Shown piece after piece: positions 48,185 through 59,439 of a stretch of 64,000 nt of DNA. Position 1 is the first letter of the stretch; every line of letters starts with the position of its first letter. The DNA is taken from contig CAVPTG010000007.1 of assembly GCA_963708605.1 (NCBI GenBank), positions 16,288 to 80,287 on the forward strand. Reading direction: 5' to 3'. This DNA is from Candidatus Dormiibacterota bacterium. GTDB taxonomy: Bacteria > Chloroflexota > Dormibacteria > Aeolococcales > Aeolococcaceae. The notes beneath the pieces are model-generated. The model did not search any database. It was given only the letters and a program-made list of their open reading frames with translations, and had not been told where the DNA came from. A program made the translations under genes and the position numbers.

Positions 48185-49068
48185 TGCCGGCCGCCGAAAC
48201 GTCGACACTTCGGCTGGCAACGCGCGGCAGCGCCCTCGCCCTGCGCCAGACAGCACTGGCTGCGGACGCGCTGCGCGGGGCCGGGAGCGGTGATGTGGAG
48301 AGCCTGGTCATCCGCACTGAGGGCGATCGCCGCACCGACGCCGCGATCGACCAACTCGAAGGCGAGGGGTGGTTCACCGCCGATCTCGAGCGCAGCCTCG
48401 TGGACCGGCGCGCGGACGTGGCCGTCCACAGCGCAAAGGACCTCCCGTCGGCGCTCGCTCCCGGTCTGAGCATTGCCGCCTACCTCGGCCGCGCTGATGC
48501 TCGGGACGGGGTGGTATCGAGGACGGGCGGCGCGCTGGAGGAACTGCCCGCGGGAGCTACGGTGGGGACGAGCAGCGCCCGGCGAGCCGGGCTGCTCGCG
48601 GCGCTCTACCCACGGCTGAAGGCGGTGCCGATCCGCGGCAATGTCGACACCCGGCTGCGGAAGCTCGACACCGGAGAGGTGGATGCGCTCGTGCTCGCGT
48701 GCGCCGGAATCGACCGGCTGGCACTCGGCAACCGGCTCGCCCAACGCCTCGATCCCCTCAAGTTCGTGCCATCTCCGGCGCAGGGTGCCATCGCGCTGGA
48801 GACGGTCACCGGCTCCGCGGCGGCGCGCGCCTGCGTGCCGGTCGACGATCGCGCAACCAGGTTGGCGGTGACCGCCGAGCGAGCGGTGCTGAGCGCTCTC
48901 GGCGGCGGCTGCCTCCTGCCCCTCGGCGCCTGGGCACGGGTCGAAGCCGGCCGGTTGGTGCTGGTCGCCGCGCTGGTCGCGGAGGGATCGATTCACCGGG
49001 CGGAGGCCGAGGGAAGCCTCGAGGATCCCAAGGCTCTCGGTGAGGCGGTGGCGGCCCGGCTCCGTTGA
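48184..49068 (+). CDS. hemC: Hydroxymethylbilane synthase
   Basis: ATRGSALALRQ, VHSAKD, GTSSARR, RGNVDTR, GGGCLLP. Confidence 0.95.
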   Translation: MPAAETSTLRLATRGSALALRQTALAADALRGAGSGDVESLVIRTEGDRRTDAAIDQLEGEGWFTADLERSLVDRRADVAVHSAKDLPSALAPGLSIAAYLGRADARDGVVSRTGGALEELPAGATVGTSSARRAGLLAALYPRLKAVPIRGNVDTRLRKLDTGEVDALVLACAGIDRLALGNRLAQRLDPLKFVPSPAQGAIALETVTGSAAARACVPVDDRATRLAVTAERAVLSALGGGCLLPLGAWARVEAGRLVLVAALVAEGSIHRAEAEGSLEDPKALGEAVAARLR

Positions 49069-49847
49069 CCGAGCCCCCGCCAGCGCTCGCCGGAAGGCGG
49101 ATCCTCGTGACGCGAACACGCGAGCAAGCGGAGGGACTCGTCGACCGGCTCCACAGGGCGGGCGCATCGGTGATGGTCGTTCCGCTGATCGCGACCGTCC
49201 CCGTCGCCGAGCCTGCAGCCATCGTCGCGTTTGCCGCCGAGAACGCTGCCGCGCCTTCACCGCGTTGGGTGGCCTTCACCAGCGCCACCGCCGTTCGCCT
49301 CGTCATCGGCGCCGCCGGTGCAGCGGCCCTGTCGGGGATGCTGATCGCAGCGGTGGGACCCGCGACGGCTGCCGCGCTCCTCGCTGAGGGAGTCACTCCC
49401 CAGCTTGTGGCGAGCGAGCCCGACGCGGATGGGCTGGCCACGGCGATGCTCGAGCACGGGATGACCGGCGCCACGGTGTGGATCCCGGTCGCCGAAGGCG
49501 CACGCGGCGATCTTGCGGAGCGCCTTCGGAGAGCGGGAGCCGCAGTGAGCGTCCAACTTATCTATCGAAGCGTCATGCCCGCAGAGGCCCCCGATCGCGT
49601 CAGGGCCGCGCTCGCAGGGGGCGTCGACGCAATCACGCTCACCAGCGGGAGCACGGCACGCAATCTCGCCCGGGCAGCGGGCGAAGGCGGTGTGGTTCCG
49701 GGCATTGCGATCGTGTGCATCGGTGAGCAGACGGCTGCGGAGGCGCGAGCGGCCGGACTCATCGTCGAGGCGGTCGCTCGCGAGGCATCGGTTGACGGGC
49801 TGATGGCGGCGCTGACTGAGTGCCTGGCCCCCCAGCCGCTACGCTGA
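49065..49847 (+). CDS. hemD: Uroporphyrinogen-III synthase
   Basis: ILVTR, FTSATAV, AVGPAT, LTSGST, CIG. Confidence 0.88.
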   Translation: MTEPPPALAGRRILVTRTREQAEGLVDRLHRAGASVMVVPLIATVPVAEPAAIVAFAAENAAAPSPRWVAFTSATAVRLVIGAAGAAALSGMLIAAVGPATAAALLAEGVTPQLVASEPDADGLATAMLEHGMTGATVWIPVAEGARGDLAERLRRAGAAVSVQLIYRSVMPAEAPDRVRAALAGGVDAITLTSGSTARNLARAAGEGGVVPGIAIVCIGEQTAAEARAAGLIVEAVAREASVDGLMAALTECLAPQPLR

Positions 49848-49855
49848 TCAACGAC

Positions 49856-50861
49856 ATGGGATTTCCTTCCGAACGACCACGCCGTCTTCGCCGCACCCCG
49901 GCGCTGCGCAGGCTCGCCCGGGAGTCGACGCTGAGATCCATCTCAGCTGATTCACCCGGCGTTCATTCGCGAGGGTCTCCGATCGCCCCAACCGATCGGG
50001 TCGATGCCGGGTCAGCGCCACGAGAGCATCAACTCGCTCTGCACGACGGTGGAGGAGACGATCGCGCTCGGTCTCGGCGGCGTTCTCCTCTTCGGCCTCC
50101 CCGGATCCAAGGACGCGCAGGGCTCAGGCGCGTTCGCTGACGACGGTGTCGTCCAGCAGTCGATCCGCGCGGTGCGCGAGCGTTTTGGCGACGCGTGTGT
50201 CGTGATCGCCGACTGCTGCCTGTGCGAGTACACCGACCACGGGCACTGCGGCTTTCTGCTCGAGAGCGGCGAGGTCGACAACGACGCGACCCTCGAGTTG
50301 TATGCGCGGACCGCGGTGAGCCAGGCGGCCGCGGGGGCCGACATCATCGCCCCGAGCGGGATGATGGACGGGCAGGTCGCCGCGATTCGTGAGGCGCTCG
50401 ACATGTCGGGCTACACCGACACCGCGATCCTCGCCTACAGCGCGAAGTTCGCCACCGTCCTCTATGGACCCTTCCGCGACGCCGCCGAATGCGCGCCACG
50501 TTCTGGTGATCGGCGCTCATACCAGATGGACCCCGCCAACCAGCGCGAGGCCGTTCGCGAGGCGATGCTCGATGTCGAGGAGGGCGCGGACATGGTCATG
50601 GTCAAGCCGGCGCTCACCTACCTGGACGTGGTCGCACGGGTGCGCGACGCGACCGACCTGCCGCTTGCCGCCTATTGCGTCAGCGGTGAATTCGCCATGC
50701 TTCACCATGCCGCGGCCGCCGGCGCGTTCGACGAGCGCAGCGCGGTCCTCGAGGCCCTGGGCGGCATCCGCCGCGCGGGAGCCGACATGATCATCACGTA
50801 CCACGCGCGGGCCGCCGCCGGCTGGCTCGCCGAGACCAACGTGCAAGGAGCCTATGCATGA
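49856..50861 (+). CDS. hemB: Porphobilinogen synthase (frameshift near 49940)
   Basis: RPRRLR, CLCEYTDHGHC, APSGMMDG, YGPFRDA, MVKP. Confidence 0.93.
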
Positions 50862-51649
50862 ATGACCCATCCGGCGGCAGGCGCCGCCTTCCATTGGTGC
50901 TCGGATCAGGTGGCGTCGTTATCGTCGCCATCGTCGCTATCGCGATCGGCGTCAACGGCGCGAGCGCGCCGCTCCCCGCGGTGCCGACTTCGACGCCGAC
51001 TGTCGCGCCGACTCCGAGCGCAAGCGTCTCGGCAACGCCGTCGCCGACCGCGGCCCCCACGATCCCCTTCGCGGACTGCGCGAAAACGACCTTCGGCGCC
51101 GTGCTGGCACCGCTCCACCCGCCGGCGAGCGTCCACACGTACAGCGCGGCACCCGCGATGACGATCAACACGGGGAAGCTGTACCAGGCGACCATCGCCA
51201 CATCGAAGGGGAATATCGTCCTTTGCCTGCAGCCGAATCTCGCGCCCACCACGGTCAACGTCTTCGTGACCCTGGCGCGAAATCACTTCTACGACGGCAT
51301 CCCGTTCCATCGGGTGGTGGCGAGCTTCGTCATCCAGGGTGGTGATCCCCAGTGCATCGGCAAGGTCCCATCACTCCCGGCGACGCCGTCCGCGACCTGC
51401 GGGAGCGGCGGCCCAGGCTTTCAGTTCAACGATGAGCCGGTGCATCAGCAGTACGTCGACGGCGCGGTGGCGATGGCCAACAGCGGCGCCAACACCAATG
51501 GCTCGCAGTACTTCATCTGCATCGCCAACGACACGCAGCTGCCGGCGTCCTACAACCTCTTCGGCAAGGTCGAGAGCGGGATGAGCGTCGCGCTGAAGAT
51601 CGTGCAAGGCGATCTCATGAAGTCGATCACGGTGCGACAGCAGACCTAG
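50858..51649 (+). CDS. Membrane-anchored cyclophilin-type PPIase
   Basis: N-terminal TM and Pro/Thr linker; FHRVV..FVIQGGDP, AMAN, NGSQYFI. Confidence 0.9.
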   Translation: MNDPSGGRRRLPLVLGSGGVVIVAIVAIAIGVNGASAPLPAVPTSTPTVAPTPSASVSATPSPTAAPTIPFADCAKTTFGAVLAPLHPPASVHTYSAAPAMTINTGKLYQATIATSKGNIVLCLQPNLAPTTVNVFVTLARNHFYDGIPFHRVVASFVIQGGDPQCIGKVPSLPATPSATCGSGGPGFQFNDEPVHQQYVDGAVAMANSGANTNGSQYFICIANDTQLPASYNLFGKVESGMSVALKIVQGDLMKSITVRQQT

Positions 51650-51668
51650 TTTTGATGCGCAGCCGGCG

Positions 51669-52961
51669 GTGAAGGACAGCAAGGCGCGGGCACTGCGCGA
51701 GCGCGCCGAGCGGGTGCTGCCGGGGGGTGTCGACAGCCCGGTGCGCGCTTACCGCGCCGTTCCCGGCGTGCCGCCGCACGTCATCGCCGGCGAGGGTGCT
51801 CACGTCGTCGACGCGGACGGCAACGAATTCATCGATTACGTCCTCGCCTACGGGCCGCACATCCTCGGCCACCAGCCGCCACGGGTCATGGCGGCGATCC
51901 GTGCCCAGCTCGAGCGGGGGGTCGCATACGGCCACACGGTGGAGCTCGAGGTGGACCTCGCCCAACGGATCGTCGACGCTGTGGAATCGGTGGAGATGGT
52001 CCGGTTCGTCACCTCGGGCACCGAGGCCGCGATGTCCGCCGTCCGCCTCGCCCGTGCGGCGACGGGCCGCGACCGCATCGTGAAGTTCGCGGGGGGCTAT
52101 CACGGCCACGCGGATGCGCTGCTCGCCGAGTCGGGGTCCGGCATCGCCACCCTCGGCATCCCGGGCTCGCCGGGCGTCCCCGCCGCGGCTGTCGCCGGCA
52201 CCGCCGTGCTGCCCTACAACGACCTCGAGAGGGTCATGGCGCTCTTCGAAGCTGAGGGCGACCAGATCGCCGCGGTGATCGTGGAACCGGTCGCCGGGAA
52301 CATGGGATGCGTGCCTCCAGACCCCGGCTTTCTGGAGGGACTTCGCGACGGCACATCCAAATGGGGTGCTTTGCTCGTATTCGATGAGGTGATGACCGGA
52401 TTCCGCGTCGCGTACGGCGGGGCTCAGACCCGATACGGGGTCCGCCCCGATCTCAGCCTCTTCGGCAAGGTTATCGGCGGCGGCCTGCCGGTCGGCGCTT
52501 ACGGAGGCCGCCGCGACCTCATGGAGCAGATCGCCCCATCCGGCCCCGTCTATCAGGCGGGCACCCTTTCGGGCAGCCCGCCCGCGATGGCCGCCGGGAT
52601 TGCCGCGCTCGACGTGCTTCGTGAGAATCCCGGCCTCTACGAGCGGTTGGAGCGCCTGGGGCACCGCCTCGAAACCGGCTTCGCGGAGGCTGCCGCAGCG
52701 GCCGGGGTCGCGTGCACCGTCGGTCGCGTCGGCAGCATGGTCACGCCCTTCATCGGGCTCGACAGGGCGCGCTCGTTTGAGGACGTGAAGCGGGCCGACC
52801 GCGAACGCTTCGGGCGCCTGCACGCGGCGTGGCTGGACGCCGGCGTCCTCTGGCCGCCCTCGCAATTCGAGACCGCATTTCTTTCGACGACACACTCGGA
52901 TGAAGACGTCGACAGGACCGTCGAGTCGTTCGCTCGCACCCTGTCTTCGGTCTCAGTCTGA
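51669..52961 (+). CDS. hemL: Glutamate-1-semialdehyde 2,1-aminomutase
   Basis: PGGVDSPVRA, EPVAGNMG, FDEVMTGFR, GKVIGGG, YQAGTLSG, PSQFE. Confidence 0.93.
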   Translation: MKDSKARALRERAERVLPGGVDSPVRAYRAVPGVPPHVIAGEGAHVVDADGNEFIDYVLAYGPHILGHQPPRVMAAIRAQLERGVAYGHTVELEVDLAQRIVDAVESVEMVRFVTSGTEAAMSAVRLARAATGRDRIVKFAGGYHGHADALLAESGSGIATLGIPGSPGVPAAAVAGTAVLPYNDLERVMALFEAEGDQIAAVIVEPVAGNMGCVPPDPGFLEGLRDGTSKWGALLVFDEVMTGFRVAYGGAQTRYGVRPDLSLFGKVIGGGLPVGAYGGRRDLMEQIAPSGPVYQAGTLSGSPPAMAAGIAALDVLRENPGLYERLERLGHRLETGFAEAAAAAGVACTVGRVGSMVTPFIGLDRARSFEDVKRADRERFGRLHAAWLDAGVLWPPSQFETAFLSTTHSDEDVDRTVESFARTLSSVSV

Positions 52962-53003
52962 TCTCAGGGGCTGTAAAAAGATGGTGCTAGACTGGAGGCT
53001 GAC

Positions 53004-53306
53004 ATGGGATTCATAGGCGGACATCTGCCGGAAATCATCATCGTGCTGGTGGTGATCCTGATCATCTGGGGGCCGGGGAAGCTGCCCGACGTGGGGGCAG
53101 GCATCGGCAAGGGAATTCGCGAGTTTCGGAAGGCTTCGTCCGAGACTCATGACGCGGTCATGGGCACGACCACGACTCCGGCGCAGCCGGCGCCCGTCGT
53201 TCAGGCCGTTGCCGCACCCGCCGCGGCACCGGCGCCGGTTCAGCCTGCCGAGCCGGCCACGGTTCCGGCTGACGCGCCGACACACCAGCCCTCAGTTTCT
53301 GGCTGA
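53004..53306 (+). CDS. tatA: Twin-arginine translocase subunit A
   Basis: IIWGPGKLP...IGKGIREFRK. Confidence 0.92.
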   Translation: MGFIGGHLPEIIIVLVVILIIWGPGKLPDVGAGIGKGIREFRKASSETHDAVMGTTTTPAQPAPVVQAVAAPAAAPAPVQPAEPATVPADAPTHQPSVSG

Positions 53307-53344
53307 CGCGCCGCTCACGCGCGCGCTGACCTGAGGCACGTAAG

Positions 53345-54097
53345 GTGCAGGGAGTGGCTGGCGACGACGAGCGGCGGATGACGATCGTCCAGCACCTGGA
53401 GGAATTGCGACGCGTCCTCATCTGGGTGATGGGTGCCTGGATCGTCGGAACAGCCGTCGCGTTCGTGTTCAACGGATTCTTCATCGGCGTGCTGCTGCAC
53501 CCGCTGTCGACCGTCCTGAAGAACTCGCACAGCATCATCCCCAACAACGAGGCCATCTATACGAGCCCCACCGAGGGCCTCACCGTCCCGCTGAAGGTGG
53601 CGGCGGTCGTCGGGTTGATCATCGCGCTGCCGGTGGTGCTCTGGCAGGTCTGGAACTTCGTGTCGCCGGGATTGCGTCCGAAGGAGCGGAAATTCGTCGG
53701 ACCGTTCATCGCCAGTGCACTCCTGCTCTTCGCCGCTGGAGCGGCGTTCGCATATTTCGTGATGCCCATCGGGCTGAGTTTCCTGACCAACTTCCTCAAT
53801 GGACACGCCGTCTATTTCCCCGACATCAACTCGTACATCGGGTTCTTCCTGATCATCGTGTTCATCTTCGGAGCAACATTCGAGATGCCGGTCGTGATCG
53901 TGCTGCTCGGCCTGCTCGGGTTCGTCTCCTCGAAAAAGCTCAAGGGATGGCGGAAGATCGCCTACATCGGGATCATCATCGTGTCGCTGGTGATCACGCC
54001 GGGTGCGGATCCGTTCACGCCGACGCTGCTCGCAATCCCGCTGCTGCTGCTCTACGAAGCATCGATCATCGTTCTCCAGCGCATCTTCCGGCGCTGA
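53345..54097 (+). CDS. tatC: Twin-arginine translocase subunit C
   Basis: HLEELR, FVSPGL, FEMP, ITP..DP, LYE. Confidence 0.93.
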   Translation: MQGVAGDDERRMTIVQHLEELRRVLIWVMGAWIVGTAVAFVFNGFFIGVLLHPLSTVLKNSHSIIPNNEAIYTSPTEGLTVPLKVAAVVGLIIALPVVLWQVWNFVSPGLRPKERKFVGPFIASALLLFAAGAAFAYFVMPIGLSFLTNFLNGHAVYFPDINSYIGFFLIIVFIFGATFEMPVVIVLLGLLGFVSSKKLKGWRKIAYIGIIIVSLVITPGADPFTPTLLAIPLLLLYEASIIVLQRIFRR

Positions 54098-54126
54098 CGG
54101 CCGGGCCGACCGATACACTCGGGCCA

Positions 54127-54849
54127 ATGCGTCCAGATGAACGTGCCTCTGATGAGCTCCGCTCGACCACCATCGAATTGCATCCGATCCCGTACGCGGA
54201 GGGCAGCGCGCTCATCACCATGGGGGACACCAGGGTCCTCTGTGCCGCATCGGTCGAGGAACGCGTGCCGCCGTTCCGCAAGGGAAGCGGTCGCGGTTGG
54301 GTGACCGCCGAGTACGCGATGCTCCCGCGGAGCACGCAGACGCGAACCGAGCGCGACGGTCGCAAGGGGAGGGTGGACGGCCGCGTCCAGGAGATCCAGC
54401 GGCTGATCGGCCGGAGCCTCCGGGCTGCGGTCGACTTCGAGGCACTCGGCGAGCGCAGCATCCTCATCGACTGCGACGTCATCGTCGCCGACGGGGGAAC
54501 GCGCACCGCGTCGATCACCGGGGGTTACGTCGCGCTCGCACTCGCGGTCGCGAGGCTACGCGATGCGCGCGTCCTTCGCTCCGACCCGCTGCGCTGGCCG
54601 GTCGCCGCGGTGAGCGCCGGCATCGTGGCGGGAGAGCCGCGCCTCGACCTCTGCTATCTCGAGGACTCGGCCGCGGAGACCGACATGAATTGCGTCGGAT
54701 CGTCCGACGGCCGGTTCATCGAGCTGCAGGGATCGGCGGAACAGGAGCCCTTCTCGCGCCAGGAGCTCGATTCCCTTCTCGGCCTTGCCGGTGCGGGGCT
54801 GAAGCAGCTGTTCGCCCTGCAGGCCGAGGTGTTGGGCAGCGCCAGATGA
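54127..54849 (+). CDS. rph: Ribonuclease PH
   Basis: [40 protein letters not shown]. Confidence 0.96.
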   Translation: MRPDERASDELRSTTIELHPIPYAEGSALITMGDTRVLCAASVEERVPPFRKGSGRGWVTAEYAMLPRSTQTRTERDGRKGRVDGRVQEIQRLIGRSLRAAVDFEALGERSILIDCDVIVADGGTRTASITGGYVALALAVARLRDARVLRSDPLRWPVAAVSAGIVAGEPRLDLCYLEDSAAETDMNCVGSSDGRFIELQGSAEQEPFSRQELDSLLGLAGAGLKQLFALQAEVLGSAR

Positions 54850-54859
54850 GCCGGGCGCG

Positions 54860-55471
54860 ATGAGCGGGGCGATCCTGATCCTGGCCACGCGCAACCCCGG
54901 CAAGTTCCGCGAGCTCCGGGATCTCCTGAACCGGTGGCACCTGGATCTCCGCTCGCTCGATGACATCGGCTTCCACGCGGCGCTCGAGGAGCCCGGACCC
55001 GGCTACACCGAATCCGCGCTCGCCAAGGCGACCGCGGTCTGCACCGCGACCGGTCTTCCTGCTCTCGCAGACGACAGCGGCATCGAGATCGATGCGCTTC
55101 GTGGCTGGCCGGGTCCGATGTCGGCCCGCTGGCTGGGTGACCAGGCGACCGATGCGGACCGCCTCCTCGCTCTGATCGCCGAGGTTGAGCGTCGGACGCC
55201 CGACGACCGCCGCGCGCGGTACGTGTGCGTGGCCGCGCTGGCCCGGCCGGAGGCCGAGCCGGTGACCGCCCATGGGGAATGCCTCGGCACGATCGTGTCT
55301 CCGCCGCGGGGCACCAATGGCTTCGGCTACGACCCGGCATTCCTGTCGGCTGATCTCGGGATCACCTTCGGTGAAGCCCCGGAAGCGGACAAGGCGCGTG
55401 TCTCGCACCGATCCCGAGCGATTGCCCGGCTGGGAGACGCGGGGGTCTTCGCGGCGGCTCCGTTCGTCTGA
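54860..55471 (+). CDS. rdgB: RdgB/HAM1 non-canonical purine NTP pyrophosphatase
   Basis: ATRNPGK, ADDSG, GFGYDP, SHR. Confidence 0.93.
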   Translation: MSGAILILATRNPGKFRELRDLLNRWHLDLRSLDDIGFHAALEEPGPGYTESALAKATAVCTATGLPALADDSGIEIDALRGWPGPMSARWLGDQATDADRLLALIAEVERRTPDDRRARYVCVAALARPEAEPVTAHGECLGTIVSPPRGTNGFGYDPAFLSADLGITFGEAPEADKARVSHRSRAIARLGDAGVFAAAPFV

Positions 55472-55474
55472 TGC

Positions 55475-56155
55475 TCAGCCGGCAGGAATCGCGGCTCCGG
55501 TCACCGCTGCGGCGGCGTCGGAAAGCAGCCACTCGATGACCGCGGCAACGGCGTCGGTGCTGACCCACGACGAGCGATTTGCCTTGGGCATCGACTCGCG
55601 ATTCGCGGACGTGTCCATGGTGCCGGGCAGCACGGCGTTGACCGTGATGCCGTGTCCCTGCAGCTCGGCGGCCATCACCTGAGCCAGCCGGAGGACCGCC
55701 GCCTTGCTCACCTGGTACGCAGCCTGCCCACGCGTGACGTCGATCGCCGCACGCGACGCAACGATCACGATCCTGCCGCCCGACCCACCGGCGACCATCG
55801 ATGCGGCCGCGGCGCGGGCGAGACGCCAGGGCCCGAGCAGGTTGGCAGCGATCTGGCCTTCGATGGCAGCGTCCTCGACCTCGTGAGCACGTCCCCCGGC
55901 GTAGCCGCCGGACGCGCTCACCATGGCCTCCCACCGACCCATCGCCTCGACGGCTGCCCGGAGGCGCGTCACCGCTGCGAGGTCGTCAAGGTCGCTCTCG
56001 ATCTCGGTGGCTCCCGCCGGAGTCGCCGAGTGCCCGGGGTGGCGCGTCGGAATCACCACCCTCCGGCCTGCGGCCGTCAGCCTGCTCACGACCGCGGCCC
56101 CGAGCGCACCACCGCCACCGCCGACGACGGTGATGCCGCCTTGACGAACTACCAC
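55475..56155 (-). CDS. SDR family oxidoreductase
   Basis: GGGGGALG, YQVSK, VNAVLPG; AGGAGA upstream of GTG. Confidence 0.88.
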   Translation of the reverse strand: MVVRQGGITVVGGGGGALGAAVVSRLTAAGRRVVIPTRHPGHSATPAGATEIESDLDDLAAVTRLRAAVEAMGRWEAMVSASGGYAGGRAHEVEDAAIEGQIAANLLGPWRLARAAAASMVAGGSGGRIVIVASRAAIDVTRGQAAYQVSKAAVLRLAQVMAAELQGHGITVNAVLPGTMDTSANRESMPKANRSSWVSTDAVAAVIEWLLSDAAAAVTGAAIPAG

Positions 56156-56166
56156 AATGTCTCCTC

Positions 56167-56976
56167 GTGGACCAGGGGACCGAGCCGACATTTCAGCCGC
56201 GAGCGGTGGCTCGAGCCGCCGCGGCCATCATCGCGCTCCTGGCCACCGGGCTGGCGGGCTTCCTGGTCGCACATCAGGTAGCTCTCGTCAGTCCGGCCAA
56301 GACCGTTCCAGTCACCCTTCCCGCCGCGAGTGCGCCCACGCCGTCGCCACCGCCGCTGACCGACCTCGGACGCAACGACCTGACCAGCGTGGTCACCGTG
56401 GAAGCGGAGCTCGAGAGCGGCTCCGCCGAGTTGCTCGGCACCGGCTGGGTCTTCGACAATCTGGGTGACGTGGTCACCAATGCCCACGTGGTCAACGGCA
56501 ACAACACGGTCCGCGTGACCGATCGCGCCGGCAACACGTTTGTCGCGCGCCTGGTGCAGAGCAGCCAGAGCAGTGACCTGGCGCTGCTTCGCGTCACCGG
56601 CACCCTCGAGGGGTCACCGCTCCCCATCGACTCACGGGGCCTCAGCGTGGTGCCCGTTCCGGTCATCACCCTCGCGTCCAGCCGCGCCACAGGGCACACC
56701 GACATGACCTCGGAGATGCTCATCGGGCTCAACGACAATGTCCCTCTCCAGGGCAGCGGTATCGAGGCCGGCCAGGCGCTGCCCCAAGAGTACGACGACA
56801 TGCTCCACCTCCAGGGGACGCGCATCTATCAAGGCAACAGCGGGGGCCCTGTGCTGGACGCTTCGGGACGGGTGGTGGGGATCGTCACGCTGGCCAGCCC
56901 CTCCAGCCCGGACGCGTATGCGATTCCCATCAGCCGGGTGCTGTCGACGCTACGTCAGTGGGTGGCAGCGGGATGA
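56167..56976 (+). CDS. Trypsin-like (S1C) serine protease, membrane-anchored, no PDZ
   Basis: TNAHV, SDLAL, GNSGGP. Confidence 0.88.
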   Translation: MDQGTEPTFQPRAVARAAAAIIALLATGLAGFLVAHQVALVSPAKTVPVTLPAASAPTPSPPPLTDLGRNDLTSVVTVEAELESGSAELLGTGWVFDNLGDVVTNAHVVNGNNTVRVTDRAGNTFVARLVQSSQSSDLALLRVTGTLEGSPLPIDSRGLSVVPVPVITLASSRATGHTDMTSEMLIGLNDNVPLQGSGIEAGQALPQEYDDMLHLQGTRIYQGNSGGPVLDASGRVVGIVTLASPSSPDAYAIPISRVLSTLRQWVAAG

Positions 56977-57045
56977 TTCGGTCCCGCATTGGGTATCGTC
57001 ATCAGTGACGGGACGTACAGACGTACCCCGAGGAGTGCAACCACA

Positions 57046-58032
57046 GTGCCCACACACAACTTCGACATCGCCATCATCGGGGGAGGTCCCGCGGGGCTGA
57101 CGGCTGCGCTCTATGCGGGACGGAACCGCGAGCGCGCGGTGCTCCTCGAGGGCAAGGCCCCGGGCGGACAGCTGCTCAACACCGAGCTGATCGAGGATTA
57201 CCCGGGGTACCTCTCGATCCTTGGCGGCGAGCTCGCCACGGTGATGGAGGAGCAGGCGGCTCACTTCGGCACCGAGCTGGTGCGCACCGAGGTCAAAGCG
57301 ATCAAGGTGCAACCTGACGGCTTGAAGCTCGTCGAGACCTACGACGGCGATTACCTCGTGCCGGCGGTGATCATCACCGCGGGTGGGAATCCCCGTAAGT
57401 TGGACGTCCCCGGCGAGGAGGAGTTCGCGGGCCGTGGCGTCTCGTACTGCGCGGTGTGCGACGGTGCGTTTTTCAAGGACGTGCGCCTGGCGGTCGCGGG
57501 TGGGGGTGACGCCGCGGTGGAGGAGGCGCTGTTCCTCACGCGTTACGCAAGCAAGGTCACGATCATCCACCGGCGTAAGGAGTTCCGCGCCCAGCCGATC
57601 CTGCTCGACGAGGCGCGCAAGCATCCGAAGATCGATTTCGTGGTCGACACCATCATCGAGTCGATCGAAGGCGACGAGAAGGTGCGCCGTCTGTCGTTGC
57701 GCAATCTCGACACCGAGCGTCGCTCCGCGCTCGAGGTTGGCGGCATCTTCATCTTCGTCGGTTTCATCCCCAATACTCAGCTCGTCGACGCCCACATCGA
57801 TCATGACAAAGCCGGCTATTACAAGACCGACCCGATGACCATGATGACCAACATCCCGGGCATCTTCGCAGCGGGTGACGTGCGCAGCCAGCTGACCCGG
57901 CAGATCACCACCGCCGTCGGTGACGCCACCACCGCGACGATCGCGGCGAGCAAGTGGATCGAAGACTTCAAGCGCGGCCGCGACGATACCCCTCCCGAGC
58001 TCGTCGAAGCGACCCTGCACGGCGCCGTCTAG
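57046..58032 (+). CDS. trxB: Thioredoxin reductase
   Basis: GGGPAG, GVSYCAVCDG, GGGDAAVEEA, FAAGD. Confidence 0.95.
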   Translation: MPTHNFDIAIIGGGPAGLTAALYAGRNRERAVLLEGKAPGGQLLNTELIEDYPGYLSILGGELATVMEEQAAHFGTELVRTEVKAIKVQPDGLKLVETYDGDYLVPAVIITAGGNPRKLDVPGEEEFAGRGVSYCAVCDGAFFKDVRLAVAGGGDAAVEEALFLTRYASKVTIIHRRKEFRAQPILLDEARKHPKIDFVVDTIIESIEGDEKVRRLSLRNLDTERRSALEVGGIFIFVGFIPNTQLVDAHIDHDKAGYYKTDPMTMMTNIPGIFAAGDVRSQLTRQITTAVGDATTATIAASKWIEDFKRGRDDTPPELVEATLHGAV

Positions 58033-58042
58033 CCCCGCGAAC

Positions 58043-58633
58043 GTGAGCATCACCACCGGTCACGGCGACGGGGGAGAGACGGGGCTGCTCTACGGCGGAC
58101 GGGTTGCCAAAGACGATATCCACACCGAGGCGTACGGCTCACTTGACGAGGCCATCTCCGCGCTCGGATTGGCGAGAGCACTGACCGATTCGGCGGACCG
58201 GGCGGCGCGCATCCTCGAACTCCAGCGCGAGCTCTTCGTGGTAGGCGCCGAGCTTGCGACCGGTCCTGGCCATCGGGCCGACCTCGAGCGCCACTTCAAT
58301 GTCGTGACCTCTGCGATGTCCGACGCGCTCGAGACTGAGATCCATGACCTGGAGGCGCGCGTCCCATTGCCCGGCGGCTTCGTCATCCCGGGCGGCACCC
58401 CGGTTGGCGCAGCGCTCGACATGGCGAGAACGCTCGTGCGTCGCGCCGAGCGCCGAACCGTGTCGCTGCAACGTGCGGGCGGCCTCGAGAATCCCGAGGT
58501 GCTCCGCTACCTCAATCGATGCTCGGACCTGCTCTTCATGCTCGCGCGCGAGGCGGAGCAGGGTGCCACCGTCGCCTCGGGCGGACAGCGCCGCCACGAG
58601 GCTGACGGGAAGATGACGGACAGCAAACGCTAG
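58043..58633 (+). CDS. PduO-type ATP:cob(I)alamin adenosyltransferase
   Basis: TGHGDGGET, YGSLDE, RTLVRRAER, YLNRCSDLLF. Confidence 0.9.
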   Translation: MSITTGHGDGGETGLLYGGRVAKDDIHTEAYGSLDEAISALGLARALTDSADRAARILELQRELFVVGAELATGPGHRADLERHFNVVTSAMSDALETEIHDLEARVPLPGGFVIPGGTPVGAALDMARTLVRRAERRTVSLQRAGGLENPEVLRYLNRCSDLLFMLAREAEQGATVASGGQRRHEADGKMTDSKR

Positions 58634-59439
58634 GCGGGAATCAATCCGCGCCTGCGGAGGAGTCCACGCTCCAGCGGCGCGAAGATCGCATCGTTGACGG
58701 CAATACCGACCACAAGGATTGTGATCACCGCGGCAAACATCTCCGGAATGTCGAGCACGCTCCGGCCGTCGTCAAGAATCGGTCCAAGCCCGCTGCTCGC
58801 CACCGATCCGATGATCAACTCTGCCGCCATCAGCGACCGCCACGAGAACGCCCAGGCCTGTTTCATGCCCGCGACGTAGCCGGGCAGCGCAGCGGAGAAA
58901 AGGAAATGCCGGTAGAACTGCGAGCCCCCCGCTCCCATCGAGCGCGCGAGACTGAACGTCAGCGGGGGGATATTGTCGTACGCCGACATCACTCCCATCG
59001 CGATCGAGGGGAAGGCACCCATGATCACCACGAAGTACATGGCGTTCTCGACCTGACCGCCGAACGAGAGAAAGATGACGGCGACCGGCACCCAGACGAC
59101 CGACGGAAGGCTCTGGAGGCCAGCCAGCAACGAGCCCACCCCCGCTCGGAGCACGGGCACCCGAGCGACCGCCAAGCCTACGACGGTGCCGATCCCAAGC
59201 GCGAGCGTATATCCGATCGCCGCGCGCTCGAGCGTCTTGAACAGTGCGGGAATGAGCACACCGGTGCGGATCAGGAAGCCGAGCTCGGCGACGGTGTCTC
59301 CCGGACCGGGCAGCGCCAAGCCACCGGGCGACGTGACCCCGATGATGACGAGCACCTGCCAGATGCCGACCAGGATCCCGATCGCGAGGATTCGGGGCCA
59401 CGCGACGCGCAGGATCCGTGTGAGCCTATTCCGTTCCAT
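58630..59439 (-). CDS. ABC permease, NitT/TauT/SsuC family
   Basis: QSLPSVVW, AWAFSWRSLMAAEL. Confidence 0.9.
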   Translation of the reverse strand: MERNRLTRILRVAWPRILAIGILVGIWQVLVIIGVTSPGGLALPGPGDTVAELGFLIRTGVLIPALFKTLERAAIGYTLALGIGTVVGLAVARVPVLRAGVGSLLAGLQSLPSVVWVPVAVIFLSFGGQVENAMYFVVIMGAFPSIAMGVMSAYDNIPPLTFSLARSMGAGGSQFYRHFLFSAALPGYVAGMKQAWAFSWRSLMAAELIIGSVASSGLGPILDDGRSVLDIPEMFAAVITILVVGIAVNDAIFAPLERGLLRRRGLIPA